Source: Spirochaetia bacterium
Lineage (GTDB): Bacteria > Spirochaetota > Spirochaetia > SZUA-6 > Bin103
Reading direction: 5' to 3'
DNA: 64,000 bases
NCBI GenBank assembly: GCA_965203905.1
Contig: CBDBDQ010000005.1
Coordinates: forward strand, 5,312,001-5,376,000
Shown here: one piece after another, positions 18,791-28,211 of the stretch
Layout of the letters: every line of letters starts with the position of its first letter
Numbering within the stretch: position 1 is the stretch's first letter
The notes under the pieces: model-generated
What the model saw: the letters and a program-made list of their open reading frames with translations, nothing else
What the model was told of the DNA's origin: nothing
Database searches by the model: none
Position numbers and translations under genes: made by a program

Positions 18791-20845
18791 ATGTCGTGCC
18801 TGAGAAAGCCCGGATTCGCCGGGTTTGCAGTGGCGGCCACGCTGCTGTTCGCAATCCTGACCGTCGACGCAATCGCCAGCGGGGACGATGAGTCCGCGGG
18901 TGCTACGGCGGCCGCCGCATCCACCGCGGCAATGACAGATTTTGCGCTGGCGCCGGGACACTACAACCTGGACACCTACGAGCAGGCGGCGGGAGCCAAG
19001 ATCGCGAGCTTCCAGCAGTCGCCGTTTCTGGAGGGTCGCGGCCTGCCGCCGGTCGAGGATCGGCTTCCCGACAATCCACTGGTGATGGTGCCGTGGGAGC
19101 AGCTCGGCACGTTCGGCGGCACCATGCGGATCCAGAACTTCACCGCCGAGATGCGGCGCATGGGCTCGGCACCGCTCTACGAGACCCGCCCCGGACCCGG
19201 CGTGGGCCGCGAGGGCAAGCGCCTGCAGGCCAAGCTGGAGCCGGGCGTCATGGAGTGGTGGGAGGTCAGCGCCGACGGCAAGACGGTCACCACCCGCATC
19301 CGCAAGGGGCTCAAGTGGTCGGACGGCAACCCGGTCACCACCACCGACGTCGAGTACTACTGGCACGACGTGCTGAACAACGAGGACCTGACGCCGGTGC
19401 TGCCGCAGGCGTTCCTGGTGCGCGCGCCGGTCTCCCTCGACATCATCGATGAGCAGACCTTCCGGCTGGACTTCACCTCGCCGTTCGGCCCCTTTCCCAA
19501 CGCCATCGACAACTTCTTCCTGGAGCCGTTCTACCTGTTGCGCCCGGCTCACTACGCCAAGACCTTCCACCAGGACCACGTGCCGGAGAAGGAGCTGCAG
19601 GATCGCATGAAGGCCGAAGGCTACGCGCTCGACAACTGGCCCAAGTACTACCTCGACATGCAGGGGCGGTCCTACCCGGCGGGTCAATTGATCGCCAGCC
19701 CCGTGGGAACCGAGATGCCGAACCTGTTCCCGTGGTACCCGGTGGCGATCGAGGAGGGCGTTGCGGTCCAGTGGGAGCGCAATCCGTACTACTACAAGAT
19801 CGATCCGGCGGGAAACCAGCTTCCTTACGTCGACAAGATCCAGATGGACCTGGGGGGCCGCAACCTCGAGAACATCAACCTGAAGATCATCAACGGGCAG
19901 ATCGACTACATCGCCGAGGGGCTGCCGCTGGAGAACCTGCCGCTGTACACCGAGAACGAGGAGTCGGGCGGCTACAAGGTGATGCTGCTGCCCTATTGGC
20001 GCAGCTTTCCCAACCTCGTCTTCTTCAACTACGTGGCGCCCGACGATCCCGAGCTGACCGGGATTTTTCAGGATCTGCGGTTCCGGCAGGCGGTGTCGCT
20101 GGCTATCGACCGTGAAGAGATGAACGAGGCGCTGTACCTGAACCTGGGCAAGCCGATCCAGTACTCGCCGTCTCCGTCCAGTCCCTGGTACCGGGAGGAG
20201 TTCTCCCAGGCCTCGGCCGCCTACGATCCCGACAAGGCGAACGCCCTGCTGGACGAGATGGGCATCACGTGGGAGGAAGGGAAGGAGTTCCGCACGCGGC
20301 CCAACGGTGAGCCCTTCATAATCGACTTCACCGCGGTGAACTACGATCCATGGCGGCGCGATCACGAGATGCTGCAGCAGTACTGGAAGGAAATCGGAAT
20401 CGACGTGCAGATGAGGACGGTGGACGGTGGCGCCTACTGGTCGATGTACGGGGGGCAGCAGATCGAAGCCACCATCAACTGGTCGGCCGAGCCCGAGCCT
20501 ACCGACCGCGGCATATTCTCGCACCCGGCGCGCGTGGTGCCGGGCTGGGCCACCTGGGTGTCAACCAACGGCGAGCGCGGCGTGGAGCCGCCGCAGTGGG
20601 TGCAGGACGTGTACACGGCGCGCGACGTGATGTTTTCGACCGCGGACAAGCAGGAGCAGCTCGAGGCCGGCTTCAAGATCTCCGAGGCCCAGGCCAAGTA
20701 CCTGTGGTACATCGGCACGGTAGGCAGACTTCCGGTGCCGGCGGTCTACTCCCTGCGGATGGGCAACATCAGCGTCGCCGAGGAGATGGGAGTGCACTCC
20801 TACCTGGTGCAGGAGTTCGCCCCGCAGTGGTTCATCAAGCAGTAA
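18791..20845 (+). CDS. ABC transporter substrate-binding protein, family 5 (copy 1)
   Basis: Signal peptide, LPPVEDRLP.NP, KWSDG.PVT, ERNPYYYKID.AGNQLPYVD, FRQAVSLAIDR; GGAGG RBS before ATG 18791. Confidence 0.92.
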   Translation: MSCLRKPGFAGFAVAATLLFAILTVDAIASGDDESAGATAAAASTAAMTDFALAPGHYNLDTYEQAAGAKIASFQQSPFLEGRGLPPVEDRLPDNPLVMVPWEQLGTFGGTMRIQNFTAEMRRMGSAPLYETRPGPGVGREGKRLQAKLEPGVMEWWEVSADGKTVTTRIRKGLKWSDGNPVTTTDVEYYWHDVLNNEDLTPVLPQAFLVRAPVSLDIIDEQTFRLDFTSPFGPFPNAIDNFFLEPFYLLRPAHYAKTFHQDHVPEKELQDRMKAEGYALDNWPKYYLDMQGRSYPAGQLIASPVGTEMPNLFPWYPVAIEEGVAVQWERNPYYYKIDPAGNQLPYVDKIQMDLGGRNLENINLKIINGQIDYIAEGLPLENLPLYTENEESGGYKVMLLPYWRSFPNLVFFNYVAPDDPELTGIFQDLRFRQAVSLAIDREEMNEALYLNLGKPIQYSPSPSSPWYREEFSQASAAYDPDKANALLDEMGITWEEGKEFRTRPNGEPFIIDFTAVNYDPWRRDHEMLQQYWKEIGIDVQMRTVDGGAYWSMYGGQQIEATINWSAEPEPTDRGIFSHPARVVPGWATWVSTNGERGVEPPQWVQDVYTARDVMFSTADKQEQLEAGFKISEAQAKYLWYIGTVGRLPVPAVYSLRMGNISVAEEMGVHSYLVQEFAPQWFIKQ

Positions 20846-20856
20846 TTCGGTAAGCA

Positions 20857-20900
20857 CCGGCGGGGGCAGGTACACGGTGCCGTCCATCGGTCCCCGCCGG
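20857..20900 (+). terminator. GC-rich hairpin after SBP copy 1
   Basis: CCGGCGGGG...CCCCGCCGG; no U-tract, so possibly an mRNA-stabilising stem. Confidence 0.5.
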
Positions 20901-21036
20901 GTGCTGCTAGGTGCTGCTCCAGCTTCGTTGCGTGGCGAATCGGCCCGTGGTAGTCTGGCAGCCAGCCGTCGTGACGACGGCCCAATCTTTGCAACTCCGA
21001 GCGCAACGAATCGCGCCGGGGCCGAAGGAGGCGCTC

Positions 21037-23091
21037 ATGTCGTGCCTGAGAAGACCCGGACTCGCCGGGTTCGCAGTGACAGCCGTGCTGCTGTTCGCAA
21101 TCCTTACCGTCGACGCAATTGCCAGCGGGGACGATGAGTCCGCGGAAGGTACGGCGCCGGCCGCGGACGCCGCCATGGCCATGGAGTTTGCGCTGCCGCC
21201 GGGGCACTACAACCTGGACACCTACGAGCAGGCGGCGGGAGCCAAGATCGCGAGCTTCCAGCAGTCGCCGTTTCTGGAGGGGCGCGGCCTGCCGCCGGTC
21301 GAGGACCGGCTCCCGGACAATCCGCTGGTGATGGTGCCGTGGGAGGAGCTCGGCGTGTTTGGCGGCACCATGCGGATCCAGAACTTCACCGCGGAGATGC
21401 GGCGCATGGGCTCGGCACCGTTCTACGAGACCCGTCCCGGACCCGGCGTGGGCCGCGAGGGCAAACGCCTGCAGGCGGAGCTGGAACCGGGCGTCATGGA
21501 GTGGTGGGAGGTCAGCGCCGACGGCAAGACGGTCACCACCCGCATCCGCCAGGGACTCAAGTGGTCGGACGGCAACCCGGTCACCACCGCCGACATCGAG
21601 TACTACTGGAACGACGTGCTCAACAACGAGGACCTGACCCCGGTGCTGCCGCAGGCGTTCCTGGTGCGCGCACCGGTCTCCCTCAACGTCATAGATGAGC
21701 AGACCTTCGGGCTGGATTTCACTTCGCCCTTCGGCACCTTTCCCAACGCCATCGACAACTTCTATCTGCAGCCGTTCTACCTGTTGCGCCCGGCTCATTA
21801 CGCCAAGACCTTCCACCAGGACCACGCGCCGGAGAAAGAGCTGCAGGACCGCATGAAGGCGGAGGGCTACGCGCTCGACAACTGGCCCAAGTACTACCTC
21901 GACATGCAGGGGCGGTTCTATCCCGCGGGTGGATTGATCAGCAGCCCCGTGGGAACCGAGATGCCGAACCTGTTCCCGTGGTACCCGGTGGCGATCGAGG
22001 AGGGCGTCGCGGTCCGGTGGGAGCGCAATCCCTACTACTACAAGATCGATCCGGCGGGGAACCAGCTTCCCTACGTCGACGAGATCCAGATGGACCTGGG
22101 GGGCCGCAACCTCGAGAACATCAACCTGAAGATCATCAACGGACAGATCGACTACATCGCCGAGGGGCTGCCGCTGGAAAACCTGCCGCTGTACACCGAG
22201 AACGAGGAGTCGGGCGGCTACAGGGTGATGCTGCTGCCCTATTGGCGCAGCTTTCCCAATCTCGCCTTCTTCAACTACGTGGCGCCCGACGATCCCGAGC
22301 TGACCGAGATTTTTCAGGATCTGCGGTTCCGGCAGGCGGTGTCGCTGGCCATCGACCGTGAAGAGATGAACGAGGCGCTGTACCTGAACCTGGGTGAGCC
22401 GATCCAGTACTCGCCGTCTCCGTCCAGTCCCTGGTACCGGGAGGAATTCGCCCAGGCCTCGGCTGCCTACGATCCGGACAAGGCGAACGCCCTGCTGGAC
22501 GAGATGGGCATCACGTGGGAAGCCGGCGAGGAGTTCCGCACGCGGCCCAACGGCGAACCCTTCAAGATCGACTTCACCGCGGTGAACTACGATCCATGGC
22601 GGCGCGATCACGAGATGCTGCAGCAGTACTGGAAGGAAATCGGAATCGACGTGCAGATGAGGACGGTGGACGGCGGCGCCTACTGGTCGTTGTACGGGGG
22701 CCAGCAGATCGAGGCCACCGTCAACTGGTCGAACGAGCCGGAGCCTACCGACCGCGGCCAGTACTCGCACCCGGCGCGGCTGGTGCCGGGCTGGGCCACC
22801 TGGGTGTCAACCAACGGCGAGCGCGGCGTGGAGCCGCCGCAGTGGGTGCAGGACGTGTACACGGCGCGCGACGTGATGTTCTCTTCCGCGGACAAGCAGG
22901 AGCAGCTCGAGGCCGGCTTCAAGATCTCCGAGGCCCAGGCCAAGTACCTGTGGTACATCGGTACCGTCGGACGACTGCCGGTGCCTTCGGTCTACTCCCT
23001 GCGGATGGGCAACATCGGCATCGCCGAGGAGATGGGAGTGCACTCCTACATGGTGCAGGAGTTCGCCCCGCAGTGGTTCATCAAGCAGTAA
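21037..23091 (+). CDS. ABC transporter substrate-binding protein, family 5 (copy 2, tandem paralogue)
   Basis: Nearly identical to 18791-20845, including the upstream leader. Confidence 0.92.
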   Translation: MSCLRRPGLAGFAVTAVLLFAILTVDAIASGDDESAEGTAPAADAAMAMEFALPPGHYNLDTYEQAAGAKIASFQQSPFLEGRGLPPVEDRLPDNPLVMVPWEELGVFGGTMRIQNFTAEMRRMGSAPFYETRPGPGVGREGKRLQAELEPGVMEWWEVSADGKTVTTRIRQGLKWSDGNPVTTADIEYYWNDVLNNEDLTPVLPQAFLVRAPVSLNVIDEQTFGLDFTSPFGTFPNAIDNFYLQPFYLLRPAHYAKTFHQDHAPEKELQDRMKAEGYALDNWPKYYLDMQGRFYPAGGLISSPVGTEMPNLFPWYPVAIEEGVAVRWERNPYYYKIDPAGNQLPYVDEIQMDLGGRNLENINLKIINGQIDYIAEGLPLENLPLYTENEESGGYRVMLLPYWRSFPNLAFFNYVAPDDPELTEIFQDLRFRQAVSLAIDREEMNEALYLNLGEPIQYSPSPSSPWYREEFAQASAAYDPDKANALLDEMGITWEAGEEFRTRPNGEPFKIDFTAVNYDPWRRDHEMLQQYWKEIGIDVQMRTVDGGAYWSLYGGQQIEATVNWSNEPEPTDRGQYSHPARLVPGWATWVSTNGERGVEPPQWVQDVYTARDVMFSSADKQEQLEAGFKISEAQAKYLWYIGTVGRLPVPSVYSLRMGNIGIAEEMGVHSYMVQEFAPQWFIKQ

Positions 23092-23104
23092 CCCGTTAAC
23101 CGTT

Positions 23105-23142
23105 GGTGGGGGCTGGTGCGGCGCCGTTCGCCAGCCCCCGCC
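23105..23142 (+). terminator. GC-rich hairpin after SBP copy 2
   Basis: GGTGGGGGCTGG...CCAGCCCCCGCC 12-bp stem. Confidence 0.55.
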
Positions 23143-23197
23143 TGGTGATGCACGGGATTCCGTTGCCCGATCCACAAGCGGCCTGCCGATCTGACTC

Positions 23198-24202
23198 ATG
23201 TGGTCGTACCTGAGCCGACGTTTCCTCTACATGGTGATCCTGCTGGTGGTCATCTCGATGATCGCGTTCGCCATCATCGAGCTGCCGCCGGGAGACTACC
23301 TCGACACCTACCTGAACGAGCTGGAGAACCGCGGCACCATGTTCGACGAGGCCCAGATCGCGGCGTTGCGCAAGCAGTTCGGCCTCGACCTCCCCCTGTA
23401 CCAGCGCTACCTGCAATGGGTGACCGGAATCATGCGCGGCAACTTCGGACGCTCCTTCCAGTGGAACCGTTCGGTCGGCGAGCTGATCGCCAAGCGGCTG
23501 CCGTGGACGGTGATGATCTCGATCCTCACCCTCCTGTTCACCTACCTGGTCGCGATCCCGGTGGGAATATACTCGTCGCTGCGCCAGTACACGTTCTCCG
23601 ACCACTTCATCACGGCCTTCAGTTTCCTGGGCCTGGCGACGCCGAATTTCCTCCTCGCCCTGGTGCTGATGTTCCTCACCTTCAACCTGTTCGGGTTCAA
23701 TCCCAGCGGGCTGTTCTCGCCCGAGTACAAGATCGCGCCGTGGAGCGTGGCGCGCTTCATCGACCTGCTGAAGCACCTGCCGATCCCGGTAATCGTCATT
23801 GGCACCGCCGGGATCGCCGGCCTGATCCGCGTGATGCGCGGACTCATGCTCGATGAATTGCGCAAGCACTACGTGGTCACCGCCCGCGCCAAGGGGCTGC
23901 CCGAGCGCGAGCTGCTGTTCAAGTACCCGGTGCGGGTGGCGATCAACCCGATCGTCAGCACCATCGGCTGGAGCCTCGCGGCCATCGTGTCGGGGGAGGC
24001 GATCACGTCGATCGTGCTCGATCTTCCGACCATCGGCAACATGCTCTACCAGGCGCTGTTGAGCCAGGACACCTTCTTCGCCGGCACCACCGTGCTGCTC
24101 CTGAGTCTGCTCACCGTGGTCGGCACCTTTCTCTCGGACGTGCTGCTGGTGATCGTGGACCCGCGCATCCGGCTGGACAAGGCGAGCGCGGAGACCGCAT
24201 GA
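23198..24202 (+). CDS. ABC permease (DppB/OppB-like)
   Basis: LPPGDY, GNFGRSF, YVVTARAKGL EAA-like loop. Confidence 0.92.
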   Translation: MWSYLSRRFLYMVILLVVISMIAFAIIELPPGDYLDTYLNELENRGTMFDEAQIAALRKQFGLDLPLYQRYLQWVTGIMRGNFGRSFQWNRSVGELIAKRLPWTVMISILTLLFTYLVAIPVGIYSSLRQYTFSDHFITAFSFLGLATPNFLLALVLMFLTFNLFGFNPSGLFSPEYKIAPWSVARFIDLLKHLPIPVIVIGTAGIAGLIRVMRGLMLDELRKHYVVTARAKGLPERELLFKYPVRVAINPIVSTIGWSLAAIVSGEAITSIVLDLPTIGNMLYQALLSQDTFFAGTTVLLLSLLTVVGTFLSDVLLVIVDPRIRLDKASAETA

Positions 24203-25323
24203 GGGCGACCACCGGCCAGATGCGCGCCGCGCGCCAGCGCGAGGACTACTACGTCGCCTCGCAGTGGCGCCTCATGCGCCAGAAATTCGTGCGTCACAAG
24301 CTGGCGGTGGTCGGCGCCGTGCTGCTCGGCTGTTTCTACCTGGCGGCATTGTTCGCGGAGTTCGTGGCGCCCTACGACCCCATCCAGCGCAGCAGCGCCC
24401 ACTACTATCCGCCGACCCGGATCCACTTCTTCGACCAGGAGGGAAGATTCCACCCGCTCGGCTACGTGTACGACGTCAAGAAGACCTTCGACGTCAAGAC
24501 GCGGCGCGCCCGCTTCGTCGAGGACCTGGAGCAGGGGGCGCCGATCCGATTGTTCGTGCGCGGCGACGAGTACAAGCTGTGGGGGGTGTTCCCCGGCGAC
24601 CTGCACCTTTTCGGCGTTGCCGGCGAGCCGCGGGTGTTCCTGTTCGGCACCGAGAGCCTGGGGCGCGACCTGTTCTCGCGTATCGTCATCGCGGCGCGGA
24701 TCTCGCTCTCGATCGGCCTGGTCGGCGTGCTGCTGAGCTTCCTGTTAGGGTCGCTCCTGGGCGGTCTGTCGGGGTTCTACGGGGGCGCGGTCGACAACCT
24801 GATTCAGCGCACCATCGAGCTGCTGCGCTCGATCCCGACCATTCCGCTGTGGATGAGCCTGGCGGCGATCATCCCGCGCGACTGGCCGATCCTGCGCACC
24901 TACTTCATGATCACGGTGGTGCTGTCGTTCGTCGGCTGGACCGGCCTCGCGCGGGTGGTGCGCGGCAAGCTGATCAGCCTGCGCGAGGAGGACTTCGTGC
25001 TCGCGGCCAAGCTCGCCGCCACCCCGGACTGGCGTATCATCGTCGTGCACCTGATCCCCTCTTTTTTCAGTTACCTGATCGTGGATCTGACCCTGGCGAT
25101 TCCCTACATGATCCTGGGCGAGACCGCGCTCAGCTTCCTCGGCCTCGGCATTCAGCCTCCCGCGGTGAGCTGGGGCACGCTGCTGATCGACGCGCAGCGG
25201 GTCACCGTGGTGGCGCACCACCCCTGGCTGCTGATCCCGGGCGCGTTCATCGTGGTGGCGGTGCTCGGCTTCAACTTCCTCGGCGACGGCCTGCGCGACG
25301 CGGCCGATCCCTACCACGTGTGA
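24199..25323 (+). CDS. ABC permease (DppC/OppC-like)
   Basis: FGTESLGRDLFSR, REEDFVLAA, ETALSFLGLG, GDGLRDAADP. Confidence 0.92.
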   Translation: MRATTGQMRAARQREDYYVASQWRLMRQKFVRHKLAVVGAVLLGCFYLAALFAEFVAPYDPIQRSSAHYYPPTRIHFFDQEGRFHPLGYVYDVKKTFDVKTRRARFVEDLEQGAPIRLFVRGDEYKLWGVFPGDLHLFGVAGEPRVFLFGTESLGRDLFSRIVIAARISLSIGLVGVLLSFLLGSLLGGLSGFYGGAVDNLIQRTIELLRSIPTIPLWMSLAAIIPRDWPILRTYFMITVVLSFVGWTGLARVVRGKLISLREEDFVLAAKLAATPDWRIIVVHLIPSFFSYLIVDLTLAIPYMILGETALSFLGLGIQPPAVSWGTLLIDAQRVTVVAHHPWLLIPGAFIVVAVLGFNFLGDGLRDAADPYHV

Positions 25324-26258
25324 CGGGGTCAGATCCGTTCCCCGGATTCGGCGGCTTTTCCTACCGTCCGGCACTGCGGTACGAGGCGGGCGTGAGCCGG
25401 CGCGACCCGAGCCCGGTGGTGCGCGCGGGCGGCCGCTACCACGCGTGGTACTCGCGCTCCACCCACGACGCCAGCGGCTACCGGGCCACCGTCTGGTACG
25501 CCACCTCGGGGGACGGGTTGCTCTGGGAGGAGCGCGGCGAGGCGCTGGGGCGGGGAGGGCGCGGCGCGTTCGACGAGCACGCGGTGTTCACGCCCACCGT
25601 GATGCTGGCCGAGGGCCGCTGGTGGCTGTTCTACACCGCGGTGCCGGAGCCGTTCACCAACGCCGGCGGCGGCCCGGCTGGCACCGCGACCCGGATCGGC
25701 GTGGCGGCCGCCTCCGCGCCGGACGGGCCGTGGGAACGCGTGGGGGCGGATCCGATCCTGGAGCCGAGCGCGGCGGCCGAGGGCTTCGACAGCCATCGCG
25801 TGGACGACGCCTGCCTGGTGCGCTGGGGCATGGAGTACCGCCTCTACTACAAGGGCCGGCAGCGCGGCCTGGCGCCGAATCAGACCCGGATGGGCCTGGC
25901 CATCGCCTCGCGTCCCGAGGGTCCTTACACCCGCCACCCGGGCAACCCGGTGCTCGACTCCGGCCACGAGGTGTGCGTGTGGCCGCACGGCACCGGCGTG
26001 GGCTGCATCGTCGCTCCGAGCGGCCCCCAGGGCAGCACGCTGCAGTACAGCGAAGACGGCCTGCGCTTCCGGCGCGTGCGCGCCATCGAGCCGCCGCGCG
26101 CCCCCGGCCCCTGCCGCGAGGACCGCTGGCAGGAGGGCTGCGCTCCGGGCATCTCCTGGGGCCTGTGCCAGGACACCGCCTCCCCCTGGCCCTGCCTGCT
26201 GCGCTTCGACACCGACCTCCGAGCCCCGCGCGGCGCCGCCGCTACCGCAGCCCGGTAA
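25320..26258 (+). CDS. GH117-like (GH43-related beta-propeller) glycoside hydrolase
   Basis: SRRDPS, WYATS.DG..W.E.G, VFTP, FDSHRVDD, LYYKG, NPVLDSGHEV; GTG start overlapping the permease stop. Confidence 0.75.
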   Translation: MTGSDPFPGFGGFSYRPALRYEAGVSRRDPSPVVRAGGRYHAWYSRSTHDASGYRATVWYATSGDGLLWEERGEALGRGGRGAFDEHAVFTPTVMLAEGRWWLFYTAVPEPFTNAGGGPAGTATRIGVAAASAPDGPWERVGADPILEPSAAAEGFDSHRVDDACLVRWGMEYRLYYKGRQRGLAPNQTRMGLAIASRPEGPYTRHPGNPVLDSGHEVCVWPHGTGVGCIVAPSGPQGSTLQYSEDGLRFRRVRAIEPPRAPGPCREDRWQEGCAPGISWGLCQDTASPWPCLLRFDTDLRAPRGAAATAAR

Positions 26259-26336
26259 CTGCGCTGCCGCTCAAGTAGCGCCGCGCGCCGCGGCCGGCGA
26301 GCACGAAGCAGGGCCGCCCTGCCGGCGGCGTGCGGC

Positions 26337-28022
26337 TCATCTTGACGGCGGGCGCGGGATCACCGGCAGGCGCAGGTGCGATGGGCGGCGCGGGCCGTGG
26401 TACACGGTCTGGCGCGCGGTGCGGAGTTCCCGGTCCACTCCGAACTCGTTTCCCGTGTTGGGGTTGCGGTCGAAGCGCGGGAAGTTGGAGGAGGACACCT
26501 CCAGCCGGATGCGGTGGCCGGCGCGGAACAGGTTGCCGGTCACGCCTACCTCGATCCGGTACTCGCAGACCGCCCCCGGCTCCAGCAGCGCGGTGTCCGC
26601 CATGCCCTCGCGGTAGCGCGCGCGGATGATGCCGTCGCACAGGTTCCTGGCATACCCGGTCGGCGCCACGTCGACCAGCTTCGCCGTCCAGTCGGTGTCG
26701 CGTCCGTCGGTGGCGGCATACAGAACCAGCTCGACCGGCCCGGTCACCTCCAGGTCCTCGGCCAGCGGGTGCGACGTGTAGCACAGCACGTCGGGTCTCA
26801 TCTCCACGCCGCGCTGGTCGTACGGCCCCCAGGGCACGATCTCGGGCGAGCAGCAGTTGTTGCCGCCTACCGTCTGCACCGGGTAGCGGGGCTCGTAGGT
26901 GAAGCGGTCTTCCGCATCGTCCGCCGGCGCGGCGAACGTCAGCCGGCCATCGCCGCGCAGGGTGTTGGCGCTACCGCCCGAGTCGAGGTAGGCGCAACGC
27001 CACTCGGTGCGGGCCAGCGGCCACTCCCACTCGTCGCGCCACTCGCCGGCGCCCATGATGAACAGCTTCAACGGCGGCTCGTCGGCGATGCCGTTGGCCT
27101 CCCCCTTGAGCCAGTAGTCCAGCCAGCGCAGTTCCTCGGCCTCGAGGTCCCACCGCGACTGCGGCCCGAAGTCCACGTCGCCGACGCGGTCCGATGCGCT
27201 CAGGGCATGCACCCACGGACCGACGATCAGCCGGCTGCGCCGCGCCTCGGCCGTGCGTCCGTGCCGCCGCATGCCGGCGAAGCTGCGAAAGCTGTCGTTC
27301 ACGAACAGGTCGTACCAGCCGCCCATGACGTAGGCGGGCGCCGCGATCTCCGGGTACGGCTCGGGGTTGGCCAGATCCCGCCAATAGTCGTCGAACAGCG
27401 GGTGCCGCACCCAGTCCTTCCAGAACGCCACGTCGCGCCCGGCGGCCTGGTCGAGGGCGATGATCGGCAGGGTGTGGAACGCCTCGGTCCAGTTGTGGTA
27501 GTCGATGCTCTGGCCGGTGCGGGCGTTGGTACGCATGCCCCAGGTGAGCATCACGCCCAACTGGAAGGCGCCCCCCGGATAGGCGAGGCCGCCGTGGAAG
27601 TCGGGGCTTATCACGCGCGGGGCCATGCACGCCAGGTGGCTGCTGCGCAGCGGCGCCGCGGTCCACTGCACCATGCCCAGGTAGGAGGCGCCGACGGTGC
27701 CCAGCCTGCCGTTGCACCACGGCTGCCGCCCCACCCACTCCTGGGTGTCGTAGCCGTCGGCCGCCTCGCGGAACGGGTAGAACTCGCCGTCCGAATCCCA
27801 ACGCCCGCGGCAGTCCTGGATCACGCACGCGTAGCCGTTGGCCGCCAGCCGCCGTCCCTGTTCGATCAGCGAGTCGTTGTTGTTGCTGTAGGGGGTGCGG
27901 ATCAGCACCGCGGGAGCGGGCGGCGCGCCGCGCGGCAGGTAGATGTCCGCCGACAGGCGCACCCCGTCGCGCATCGGCACCTTGACATCCAGGTTCATCG
28001 CGATGTCGTAACTTGCCATCAT
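26337..28022 (-). CDS. CocE/NonD family hydrolase
   Basis: MRDGVRLSAD, IRTPY, QDCRG, GASYLG, GWYD, GPWVH, SSSNFPRFDRN. Confidence 0.92.
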   Translation of the reverse strand: MMASYDIAMNLDVKVPMRDGVRLSADIYLPRGAPPAPAVLIRTPYSNNNDSLIEQGRRLAANGYACVIQDCRGRWDSDGEFYPFREAADGYDTQEWVGRQPWCNGRLGTVGASYLGMVQWTAAPLRSSHLACMAPRVISPDFHGGLAYPGGAFQLGVMLTWGMRTNARTGQSIDYHNWTEAFHTLPIIALDQAAGRDVAFWKDWVRHPLFDDYWRDLANPEPYPEIAAPAYVMGGWYDLFVNDSFRSFAGMRRHGRTAEARRSRLIVGPWVHALSASDRVGDVDFGPQSRWDLEAEELRWLDYWLKGEANGIADEPPLKLFIMGAGEWRDEWEWPLARTEWRCAYLDSGGSANTLRGDGRLTFAAPADDAEDRFTYEPRYPVQTVGGNNCCSPEIVPWGPYDQRGVEMRPDVLCYTSHPLAEDLEVTGPVELVLYAATDGRDTDWTAKLVDVAPTGYARNLCDGIIRARYREGMADTALLEPGAVCEYRIEVGVTGNLFRAGHRIRLEVSSSNFPRFDRNPNTGNEFGVDRELRTARQTVYHGPRRPSHLRLPVIPRPPSR

Positions 28023-28211
28023 CGTGCCTCCTCCGCCCGGAGCCATACTACCAGACGGCCTGTTCGGACGCGTGTTCGACGCAACCTATCTGGAACGCAA
28101 GATCCTCCACGGCTTTCGCCACTCGACGGCGTGCTCAGCCCATTATGTTCCCTCCGCACTCATCTGCTTCCAGCTACCCATGCTCCCCGGAGCGCTATCC
28201 GATTTCCCGCT

